Source: Narcine bancroftii | Lineage: Eukaryota | Length of the DNA stretch: 64,000 bases | Direction: 5' to 3' | NCBI RefSeq assembly: GCF_036971445.1 | Contig: NC_091475.1 | Location: 3,844,001 to 3,908,000, forward strand | Part shown: positions 21,201 through 33,911 of the stretch, piece by piece | Layout of the letters: each line of letters opens with the position of its first letter | Position numbering within the stretch: position 1 is the first letter of the stretch | The notes under the pieces: generated by a model | What the model saw: only the letters and a program-made list of their open reading frames with translations | Told to the model about the DNA's origin: nothing | The model's database searches: none | Translations under genes and position numbers: made by a program

Positions 21201-24200
21201 AGAAATCGAAGAAAAATTAACCAGGATAACAGGAATGGCCTTCATGGGTGACCCAGAGCCATATCTACTCGGTAATTTTATGGAAATAAGCAACAAATTG
21301 AATAAATATCAAATCTCATTTATATAAAAAAAATGCACTGGCTGTAGCAAAAAAAATATCGCGAGCACTTGGAAGTCCGACTCCCCTCTACTTATAACAT
21401 GATGGACTGCAGAAATGAACAGCTGTATACCCATGGGGGAAAAAAAATCACATATAATTTAAAGAATAAAAATGATACTTTCTAAAGATCTGGCAGCAGT
21501 ACCTGGACCACATAGGGGTCCAGATACATTTATTGTTCTTTTTCATTTTTTTGTAATTGTAACTATTATATATATTTAAATGTGGTTTCTCCAATTGCAT
21601 TCTATATATTTAAAAGATAAATAAGCCCTGACGGTGTCCAGATTCATATGTATGGAAGGAGGGAGGGAGGGATTGTTTTATTTTTGTTTGTTGTTTTTTG
21701 TAAGAAAAAGTTTGATATAGTGTGATATTGAGATTTTATTATGTATATTTTTGAAAAAAATCAAAAATAAAATATTCAAACATATAATGACTAATCTTTC
21801 ATTGCTTACAAAGTTCCATCAAATCTTTCATAGTCTTGTTTGAAATGAGTTGGTCTGTTCCCAATACATCTTGTAACCTAATCAAAATCTTAACAATCAC
21901 TATTTCTCCATTACTGAATCAATTATTAACCAATTAAATCTACAAGTAGTTTTTACTCCATCAGTAGGTCTACAACGGGCCTCCAAATCAAACAGCTTTC
22001 AAAAGCTGTGAGACAAAGTTAAATGTGTTGTCATCAACAAATTTTGTTTAAATCTTCAGAACATAATTCTGAATAAATTTGTTATAAATTCCCTCAAAAC
22101 ACATTGTTGGCTGAATTTGATACTAATATATTTTGTTATATCAATAATTCCTCATTCCTGGATTTCATTTGATATTGGAGGATAGTACAGGTTCTTTATT
22201 TTTTTTAAAATTTAAATGTTGGTACTTTTATTGCTTGACTGTGCTATTTACATATTGAACTATGAATACTTTTCTCTACCTTTTTATTTCTTGAATCCAT
22301 TCATCTGATGCTGATCCCAAAGGATATGTCATACAACCTGTCTGAAACCATCCAGCAGCAACCTTCTGATGATGCTTTTGTGGTGAGATGTAATTACACC
22401 ACTAGGTCACCAGGGGTCATCCCGGTGACCTTGTCTATAAAGCAGTCCAGAGCTACAGTCTAGTCTTCCAGGTTCGTCTTGCGGAGAGACAAGACCTCTT
22501 GTAATTACACCACTAGGTCACCAGGGGTCATCCCGGTGACCTTGTACATAAAGCAGTCCAGAGCTACAGTCTAGTCTTCCAGGTTCATCTTGCAGAGAGG
22601 CAAGACCTCTTGTAATTACACCACTAGGTCACCAGGGGTCATCCCGGTGACCTTGTCTATAAAGCAGTCCAGAGCTACAGTCTAGTCTTCCAGGTTCGTC
22701 TTGCGGAGAGACAAGACCTTTTAGTGTACATATTAGTTTATTCATATACTCACACTGCCGGTGTAGTTATTGTCAGTACAGCTTTACCTTAACATTTTAT
22801 TTGCAAAAGGAATTTATGGGATAACACAATGGTAATTACTAAATTGGTTGTCTTTCTGATTTGGATTTGGCATAGTACATATCTTTGGAAGTTCAATTCA
22901 AAGATAGTTTATGATTTGATTCTATTTAATTGAGAGAAATAGGGGTTACATTTGTGCATCAAATTAAACTGCCCTTCAAAAATGCTACTGATTTTAAAAA
23001 AAATATATTTGCCTGTAGAGTAAATTACTTAAACAGCAAAATTCTTTTCAATGTAGGCAAACCTTCATGCTACAACAAATAATATAAATAAAAATATTGC
23101 ATATGCATTTTAATTTCCAAAAAATGTAATTCCCATAAATTGAAAATTTATTCCTTCAAACTGTTGTTTCTGAGACAAAATCTCTCTGGGTTATAATGGT
23201 ATTAACTGTGAACGTGTGTCTTGTGTGACATGCTCCTGGTTTTCAGTTCATTTTCATTGTGTGGGACCGCCACTTTAAGAGACCAGATTTAACAAAAGCC
23301 TGCAGGTTTTGGAAAGTGACTGTGAACTGGCAGCAGACTTTGAAGACAGCATCTTCCTAAATGAATACATTTGCAGAATGAGGAGAAAAGCCTTGGAAAT
23401 TCCAGGTGTAGAGATGATGTCACCAGCATATTGAAGATGCAGTGCACAGCTTTGCTAGGGAGCCATTTTAAGGAGACAGCGCAGAAGCAAACAGCTCTCT
23501 GAAGAAGAAATACTGTGCTGGATTGGAAGAAATACTGTGCTGGATTGGAAGAAATACTGTGCTGGATTGGAAGAAATACTGTGCTGGATCGGAAGAAATA
23601 CTGTGGTGGATTGGCCTCATACATGGTAATAGACAATCTGCCTGATTTCCTCCTGTTACTTATAGAGGAATGAGAAGACCACTCCAAGACCAAAAAGAGT
23701 GAAGATCACTTTTATTTGACTGATCCCCAGAGAGGGTTCTACTTGAAGAAGAAATACTGTGCTTGGATGGTAAACAGAGTGAGAGTCACTTGAATTCGGT
23801 TGACGCACGAAAACGGTTCTAGAAGCTTTGTGTGCATACTTGTTTCATATCTCCTATGCCATAGAAGAGGGGAGTTCTAATTGTCATTCATCTAAAAAGG
23901 ACTTTTTGCTGAAGCAATTCAACAAGAGTTTTGTGAGTTAATCAATACCCACTTCATAAACTGCTAATTTCTATTGCTGCTGTTTGGTATGTAACATTTA
24001 TGAGATTCTGACTGCTTTTTAAATCACCTTTATAGCATCTGGGATTTGGTCCTTTATGTTGAAGTATTTCTTACATATTTATAATAAACTTTCTAAAAGT
24101 AAATTGATCACATATTGTGATTGCATTTCTCACCCTTGCCATCAAGAGTAAATAAGATTTTCACAGTTCTAGTTTCTGAATTTTCAATGTTTTAATTTTT

Positions 24201-27200
24201 CTGCATTCTGTAAAATCCAACAGATGAGATTTCAAATGGTAGAGTTTACTTCAGTGGTTCCATTAATCTGCTGAATGTCCTCTTCAGTTCTACATTAATG
24301 GACAGAAAATCCAAGGAATTTTTTCTCTTAGCCAAACAGGTTGAGGAACCAGTAAGTAATATTGCTATGAAAAGTTTGTAGTTTTTTTTCATTCACAGAT
24401 GCAGGGCACTTCAAAGAGTATTATGTCTACAAATGGGATTAATATTTTAAAGTTCTAAAGATTTAAAAGGTATTTAATTGTGTATAAAATACTCAATATT
24501 TTATATATAACATATAACAATTACAGCACACTAACAGGCCAGTTTAGCTCTTCTAGTCCACGCCAAACTCCTTCACCCACCTAGTCCCATTGACCCATAA
24601 CCCTCCACACCTCTCTAATCCATATACCTATCCAAATTTTCCTTAAATATTAAAATTGAGCCCACATCTACCACTTTGATCGGAAGCTCATTCCACACTC
24701 CCATCACCCTCTGAATGAAGAAATTCCTTCTTGTGTTTCCCCTAAACTTTTCCCCCTTCAATCTCAATCCATGTCCTCATGTTTGAATCTCCCCAACTTT
24801 TAATGGAAAAAAAACCTGTACACATTAACTCTATCTGTCTCTTTCAAAAATTTAAATACCTCTATCAAATCTTTTCTGCTCCAGGGAATAAAGTCCCAGC
24901 CTGCTTTCCCCGTAACTCAAACCCTGAAACCCTGGCAACATTCTTGTAAATCTCCTCTGCACTCTCTCTATTTATTTCCTTCCTGTAATTCAGTGACCAA
25001 AACTGCACACAATATTCCAAATTTGGCCTCACCAATGCTTTATACAACTACAACATGAAATCCCAACTCCTGTATTCAATACTCTACATCTTTGCTTTCT
25101 ATCATAAAATATTTGCATCTGAATTTCTCGCTATTGGTATCAGTTTCAAAGCTGGTGTTCCTTAATGAAAAATCAGCACATATTTTGTGTACAGCCACAT
25201 CAAGATCAAACGCGCTGTAACTGTTCTTTGTTAATTTGGTGCATGTTCTCCATCACCTTTCAATTTAGTCCTCATAATTTCATTAATGCAATTCCAATTA
25301 ACATGAAAAAAATAGTAGCTCATTCAGAATTTGGCTATAATAAACGTCCTTAGAAATAACTATAAAGTACAATGAATCATGATCAAAAGTATTTTCTTCA
25401 CAGCTTTATTTCACTTTGTGTTTGGCAGTTGGCTGAGATATTTAGAAGATCAGAATTGGGACACAACTTTATCAGTGTCAATATTATCTCCTTTAGGTAG
25501 GAATCAATTTCTAATGATGATTTTACTTTCATGGCAGTATATTTTAGTCTTTTTAAATGCTAATTTGTTAAAAATGTTAGAATAAGTGACCAAAATGCTC
25601 TGTAAATTATGTATTCACTTATACTATGGACAAAAGCTGCAATGTACAAATTTTATACAAATATATAATGAACATCTTTTCAGTTCATTTGTTTTCATAA
25701 TCAACAATAGCTTTCAGTTTTGGATAACAAATTATTCTTTTTAACAAAAAGCAATGGAAATCCAAGAAGCTCTACAAAATTGACAGATTGCCCAAAATAT
25801 ATAACAGCTAACAGGCATTATTAACTTGCGTTAATTTAGCACCAATGATTGAGGAGAATGGACTAAACAAAAATAGAAATGAAAAGGGATAGCTAAGAAT
25901 TTGACTGATGAGTTTGTCAGAGGAAAGGGAGGTAAGAAGGCAGAGAGGCTGAGAAAGGAAATGTTGGTGTGAGCAAAGCCATGGCCAGATATGTTGGGGA
26001 AAAGAGCGAGGATAGAGAAATGGGAGAAGACATTTCTAAAATATTAAAGTGAAACAAGGATTAATATGTTGGAACCATATAAATACAAGCAGGATTTAGG
26101 GCAGGAGTTCACCATCAGGTTTTCGTTAGATGGAGACTATAATGAACTCCTTTTGCACTATTTCTGATTTTCATTTCCATTGATCTAATTGAAATCGAAT
26201 GCCAGGAGGGGAATGTCGAAGGTTCTTGATACAAAGCTCCCATTCAGCTATAGGTAGTAATAACAAATGAATTCTTCTCAAAATTTGAGATATTGTATGA
26301 TCAATTCCTGTCCCAAGAAGGACTAACTATGATAAGACACATTGTAGTAAATATATATCCTTCATTCTTATGACTAAATGTAAAAGAATCAGCTTTTCTG
26401 AGAACTCGTTTAATTTGGGCAAGTTATGTTATTGTCCATGAATAAACATCTTTATCCATGATAGGTGATCCATATCTGCTGAGACCTTGATTGACCATTT
26501 CTACCCATGAATGCTGCCTGTCTGGATGAATTCCTCCAAAACTTCATTGTCTATTTCTCTGAATGGACTTTGAGAATTTGTAGATTGTAGATATTACATC
26601 ATAGACCAGTCACAATAGAAATTCACCAAGACAATGTTATTTTCAAAACAATAATTTTGATTAATAACTATTAATAATATAAAACCTTACTTAGCTCTCA
26701 ACTTAACCTTCCACTGTCCACAAATGTGTGTGTGTGTGTGAGATCCAAAATCATTACAGCTCAGTCATGATTCTGAAAAGTCATTTTCAAAGCTCAGTCT
26801 TATAAATCTTTTGCGTTGAAACTCAGAATCTTTAAACTGTTATTCAAAGCAGTTATGAAGTAGTTTGAGACATCGAGTTATCAGACTTCTCAAAAAATCA
26901 CAAATTCTTGTCGAGTTGCTTTCAGAGAAATGTTTCTTCATACGAATGATTTTTCCACAATTCCCCTCTCTTGCATAGAGGTTATAGAAGTTGTGATTTT
27001 TTTTGTGATGGTTTCACAAACCCCTGCAAGAGTTTTAGATGAAGTAACTATTAGAATGGGTATGATCCAACTTCAAGAATGACCTTGCTTTCTTTTACCA
27101 GATATGGGTTAGTCAAAAGTGACCATTATAATGGCTAAAGGAGCACTGCTCTCTCTTAACAAAGAAAAGCAGTCAACGTGGTCATCCTCTCTGAAGCCAC

Positions 27201-27577
27201 TTCAATTCTGTGTCCCTCCCCTGACAAGGAGAACACAACAGCAGTCTTTCTCATAGAATTTCTGACTTAAGATTAAACTGGTTCATAATACTAAAGATGC
27301 ATTCTTGAAGTATCATAATTACATGACTTGCTTTGATCACTATTGGTTCTTTTTGGTTTCAATTCCAAAAATGTGTAATCAAGCAAATGGCCTTCTATTT
27401 GACCAGATGTCTTTCTAAGTAAACATTCATTGTCTCAGGCTTTCAAAGGAGATCAATAACACTGGTTTTATGGTTCTGTTTACAGCATGGACAGAGGAGA
27501 CACAGTGTCTCTTTAAAATGGTATTCTCTTTGTGTGTCCTTCCCCTGTTTCCAAACCCCCACGCTAACTTTACTAAA

Positions 27578-27615
<38 letters not shown>

Positions 27616-30600
27616 AAATAAAGATTAATAATAGCACAGTTCTGTAACAATATAGATTTTTGTAATAAACAGTTTCTCATGAAATTTATTGTCTTTCTTT
27701 TCCATAGTGAAGGAAGTGTTTTAGCTTACTTTATGATTGCATTCAAAGTGGGCAAAACCAGACTTCTAGACAACAGTCAGGTCTTGCGTGCAGATGATGT
27801 AATTAAAGTATTGAGGAAAACCGATGAATCTAGCAATGCTACAACATTCTTGGGAAGCCTGCTTGTGGATGTTAATTCCATTGACATTGATGGTATGAAT
27901 TTTTCTTATGATATTGAATCTTCTCATTAGAAATAAATGTTATTTATCATTAATTTGTATGTAGAGACAAATAATGTGTAATGTATCCATGTAGACCAAG
28001 ATCAAACTCAGAAGAATGGCCTAATTAATCTCATGTACTGATCACATTAACTTCTCTTACCCCAGTGCAGGAGGTAGAAATAATGCATTAGTCACTTGTT
28101 GCCGACATACTTCTAGAACAAATTGCTTGAAGAGTGTATTCTTTTATTTTAATATGCTAGATCAGAGAACTGACAATGAAATGATTTGGTCTTAAAAATT
28201 GTCATCTGCAAACTAATTTTTAATTTGTTTATTTGAAAGCAAGAAATCAATTCCAATTTTTCAGAGATGAAATTTGGACTGTTTTCAGAACTAAATAATT
28301 GTTGTTTTAAAAGATTTGAGTTGCTACAAAACTGAAACATTTATTAAATGTCAGTGATCTTGCTCATAGACTTTGTTTCAATATACAGTATTTATTTTAG
28401 TACTTAGATTTTTAAAAATATTATTATTGCTTTTAATTTCAATATTTCTATTACAGAGTCGGAGTACAATGCATATTCTCTCTCAATGGAAGAAGGTACA
28501 TAATCTTTTATGGGGTTACATTGCTTGGAACATTTTTTCTGCATTATATAAAGATGCTTTGTCGGGCCCATAAAAGACAAATAAAATATTGGTAAATACA
28601 TCTTCTAGTAACAGCTAATATACAGCCAAGAAAATGCAAGATTTACAAATGTGATCAAGGTTTATCTTTCACAAAGATAATTTGCTTACCAAATACAATT
28701 TGGTACAAAGATTTTTAAAGCCTAATTTTAATTTCTGTTGGAATCTCTTGTATAAGTAAAAATTAGTAAGGAAGTTACAGTTCCCTTCACAAATACAGCC
28801 ATAATGTTTCTGTTTCAATTTGTTTCCTTATTCTTCACTGTCTCCAATTACCAATTTTTAAAAATAATTGTTACAGAAGGTATTACCTGGAGCTATCAAT
28901 GGACATTTCTTCCGTCCTTCCCATCCCACCTCCTATCGTCAACATTACACACTTGTTTCCTTACTTTTCCAGGTCAGTTTTCCATTCTTTGACTTGAGGC
29001 ATCAACTCTGTTTCTCTCCCGACTTGTGATACTTGGCCCACAAAGTGCTCTCCATTTTTGTTTTGTATTTTCAGTGTATTAATTTTTTTGCTCCAATTAA
29101 TATATTTTGTTTCATACAAGGCAATGCCTGAATTATATTTCCCGCCCCACGGATGTTAATTTTTTGGTTTGTCTTCACAAGCTAATTCTCATAACATATA
29201 ATATTTCCTTGTGGGAATAAAAGGATCCCAATCAGGAGCGGCAAAAAATCTCTACATTTTGTTTACAATATTCATTCTGGGGATATTTTTGTTCAAAATA
29301 CTCCGCTTTACTGTTATGGTTGGTGTCAATAAATTCTCTTTACATTGTGATTTTTATTGATAGTTTTAGTATAATAGTTATGTGACCTGATGCATAATAT
29401 AGGGGGCTTAGCTATGATGTATAAGTGGGTCTGGGCTATGATGTAGAGATAAGAGTTCCAATCTCAACATGGCAGCTGGGCAAGTTAAATTCAGCCACAT
29501 AATTAATCTTAGAAAAACCATAATTGTAACCATGAAATTGCTTTATTGATGTAAAAACTCATTGGTTTACTAATGTTGTATGACATTTTTACCCTGTCTG
29601 TGACTCAAGTCCCACTGGAATGCACTTGTATCCTGCAAGCCATTCAGTTTGAGGCCAATGAATGAAATGCATTAATTCCTCACTTTGCTAGTGGCATCAC
29701 ATCCTATGAAAAGATTTTTAAAAATCATTGAGTGCAATGAAATTATTGATGGTGATTATACAATCAAATGAATGCAGTAGATAAGACATTTATGGAGAAA
29801 GTGTTCTCCAGTGGTAAACCAACAGTATATTTTATATGAGCATTTGGCTGCAGTGAAACTCTGATCATCCATTATATGGACTGTTCAGAAATCAAAATAG
29901 TTCAGCATCTGGCTCACTCATTATCCATGACTTTTACTATCTGTGACCTTGCAAAGTCAGCCGTGCATTTCTTGGAGATTGGAGCAGGTGTGTGGCCCGA
30001 GCTAGGATATCAGGGGTCAAAAAGACAGGCAGATTTGTAGCCAGCACTAGGGGCCTGGTGTGCTGGTATGTTTTCACCTTACAAACAAACAGACCGATTT
30101 GCTGAGTCTCCACAGGTTTTGTGTCTCAGTGGGTTCACAAGAAAATTAATGAAACTGCTGTGCAACAGTTTTTTAAAAGAAAAATTGTATTGGGTTAATG
30201 GGAGTAATATCCAGTAACACAGAAATTGACTGGTCCATCATTATCATCGACCCAAGGATTCTAGATTGTCGGAGTTTTAGTAAAAGAACATAAATGAAAA
30301 CACAAGTGAAAAGAGAACATGGACAAAGTGTGGAGCAGGAAGACATTTCAGGCTGAGCATGTCATCACTGCCAGGCTTCCCACTTCTTACTGCTCTGGAC
30401 TCTGCAACTTCTACTCGTTTTCGTTCGCAGCTCTTTTGTTTGTGTTCTCTCTATATAACAAGGAACAACGAGTCTTTTAATTTTCTTCCTACGTTAAATC
30501 CTTCTGATCTTTTCTCACTCCTCAGCATGTGCTGTGACTGATGCAAGAATCCAGTGGAATCAATCTTTGCCATGCCATTGGGAGATGCAAGGGCCTGCAA

Positions 30601-33600
30601 ACCACTCAGTGCAAATTACAATTGAGAAATATTTCATGAATGGTGATTGCAGCCAGAACTGCATTGCACTTTATGACTCGCTTGTCCCTGCAAAAGAGAA
30701 ACAAATCACAAGGTAAGGAGCGGTGAACTATTGGCTGGCACATCATCTTCACAAAATCTAGACATTGTCAGTAGGTATGGAATTGGGAATTCAAAATGAT
30801 AGAATCAAAATGTGCAAATAAGTAGATTTTCCCATTTTCTAGACTGAAGGTCTTGAGCAGATTGTTTTACTGATCACACTAAATGCAGAGTTCATTGTTC
30901 AGCAACAATATTGCTCAATTAATGCACACGAAAAGGTAATGGGCCAACACTTGTTACCAGTGGTGAACCACACACGCTCATCACAAATCTATGTGGTGTG
31001 AACATGGTTATCCTTTTGTAAATTCCCAATTCCAATCCTAACATTTTGCAACCCTCAAAGATGAACCTCTGGACAGTGGCAGAACATTGTTTGTTAAAGC
31101 ATTTACATGGGTGTGGAGTTATGGCTTGCTAGTAGTTTTAGGGGTAGCCGAATGAAACAGCTGGTTATTAACTGAAGGCTAAGCTATGTACCTTACTCCT
31201 CTCCACTTGGCTCCAAAACATCAAAGAGCATTGATGAGTCTGACTGAATCCCAAGTCCTGAAACACACAAAAACAAGTAAAAGTCCATAAACATTTATTT
31301 GTACATACCATTAAAAAAAAAACCCTGTTATCTGGAATTCAAGCAATTGGCAAAAAATTGTGGAAAACAAATAGGTAAAAAATAAGGATATGTAGCAGCT
31401 CCTGCAATAACACACACAACCAGACGGGTTGAACTCGGTGAGCAGACTAGTTTATTGCAGGCTGTTGGGCTGCACTTATACACCCAGCCCAGACCTGGCT
31501 GAGAACCGGGCTGGAGGGCGCTGACATTACCCGGGCATCATGTGATCCCCAAGTGCGGGTTTCTGAGCCCCGAGCTGGAAGGAAGCACCATTTTGGCCAG
31601 CTGCCCCGCAGCGTGGCTTACAAGTGGGGCCAGTTTGCTTTCCTTGTGGTGAGCCGCCACACATATTTAAAATTGTCGAGCCTTGCCGTTAGTAAACTAA
31701 TCATAGAACACGCAATTTAAGGGACCAGAAGATTCACTTATCCAGCATCTGCCAATCCCCATAGGTGCCAAATAACAGGGATTTTACTGTAGTTGTAAAA
31801 TTTAAATATTTCAGATTTTTTAAAGCAGTTAGAGTATTTACCTTGTAGCTAATGAAATCTGTTCAATGGCCAGATTCTCCAGTCTGTGAAATTGTTGCAA
31901 GTTTTCACACCATTGCTGAATTAACAGAATTCAGTTTGGGAAATCACTGACTTTCAAGTTCAAGACCAGCATCATCTGGGAAAGTCGAACTCGGGGAGTT
32001 TCTTTAATGGGGAAACACCCACTGACCCACAGATTTGTCACATTTAATTGAAGTCAGAAGGAGACGGCATCACCAAAAGAAATGACTGGAAGAACGAATA
32101 CAATGTGTATTGGAATGTGGAAGGTTATAAGAACTGCTAAACACGTTTTCTTCATGCAAAGTGCTGGTATATGGTTGGAAGGCATAGAGTTTGTCAGATG
32201 TCTGCACGTTGATTGCAAAGGCAACATTTTGTAAGATAAAATTTTTAAATTAAATCGTATTTTGCTCATGGCTAATATTTTTTGCAATGATGTAAGTACA
32301 TGATAAGAATTGTTCTGGAACAGTTTGTCTTTAACCCAAAGCAACACCTTTTTTAAACAAACTGAATCTCACACTACTTTTAAGTAATGTGGCTGTTTAC
32401 TTCAGGATTTCATTTTAACCCGTTGCTATTTTCCTTGTCAGCTGAACTTTCTGCTTTAAGTGACAAATTACCAAGTATTTGATGCATTTTAATATACACT
32501 TAAAAGTTAGAAACATTACAGATTAATTGTGATTTTCCACATACATTGTTATAAAATGTTCTTGCATTGATTCATTGTTCCTACTGGTTTAAAAAGTTAT
32601 GATGTATTATAATATTTTTTGAGAACCTTTCTAAACCCGTACAGTCCCAGCAATCTCGTGGTAAATGAGGTAAAGCTTGTGAAAATCCTCATTTTATATC
32701 AGAGGAGCATTAGGAACAAGAATGACTAAATACCTCTTAGATCATTTCCATTCTCTTCTCAAGCGAGCTTGTGTCCTATGATTTTTTAAAAAATGTAGAC
32801 ATACAGCACGGTAACAGGCCATTTTGGCCAACAAGTCCATGCTGCCCAATTTAGACCCCATTAACCTACACCCCCAGTATGTTTTAAACAGTGGGAGCCC
32901 CCAGAGAAAACCCATGCAGACATGGGGAGGACATACAAACTCCTTACAGACAGTGCAGGATTCGAACCCCGGTCCTGATTGCTGGCGCTGTAAAGGCATT
33001 GCACTAACCACTACGCCAACCGTGCTGCCTTTTTATAAATGTATATATCTTTAAGATCCCCTTTAAATTTTAGTGGGACGTAACCCAAAGACAACGACTG
33101 GCGATGTGCAGACTGTGCTCATTGACCATGCAGGCATTAACTCGTTGGCTTGTTCAGCTGTAAGTCATTCAGAACTGGATTCAGCTAGTTACCCATTCTT
33201 TTTTCTATGGAAATTAAAGCAAATATTACAGCTTACTTTATCAGTGTCACCTGACCTTTTGCATTCCTTTCATTAACCTCCAGATTCAAAATTATTCACA
33301 TTAGAATTTTTTTGATCAATAAATGCCTGTCAATAAGCAATCACAGCTGCAAACAACTCCTTCAATAAATTTGTAGATGGCATCACTGCCAGAGGCAGGA
33401 ACTCTAACAATGACGAGCCAGAGTATGGAACAAAGCTGGAGGGACTTTTGGCTTGGTGCCAGGACAACAACCTCTCCCTCAATGTCAGCAAGACCAGGAT
33501 CTGGTTAGAGACTTCTGGAAGAGGGGCAGAACTAACTTTCCAGTCCCCATCTATTGTGATGAAGTGGAGATGATCAACACCTTTATGTTCCTTGGAGTAA

Positions 33601-33828
33601 ACATCTCTAGTGCCTAGTCCAGGTCTAGAATGTTAACCTAATGGCCAGGAAAGCATAGCAGAAGTGTGAGGAAATTTGGGATGTCACCTGCATCCCATAA
33701 CCAAATCCACTATTGAATGTATCCTGTCAGGATGCATCACTGTGTGGTATGGGAGCTGCTCCAAGCAAGACTGCTACAAATGACAGAAGGTTGTGAACAT
33801 TGCTCAGGCCATCGTGCGCGCGCGCACG

Positions 33829-33911
<83 letters not shown>

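Noticed and set aside
22389-23614. Repeat arrays as CRISPR-like structures
   Set aside because: Head-to-tail units without unique spacers, in a eukaryotic context.
23207-24165. Possible long solo LTR (TGTGAA...TTCACA) containing the 22-bp minisatellite
   Set aside because: No TSD and no second copy in the window.
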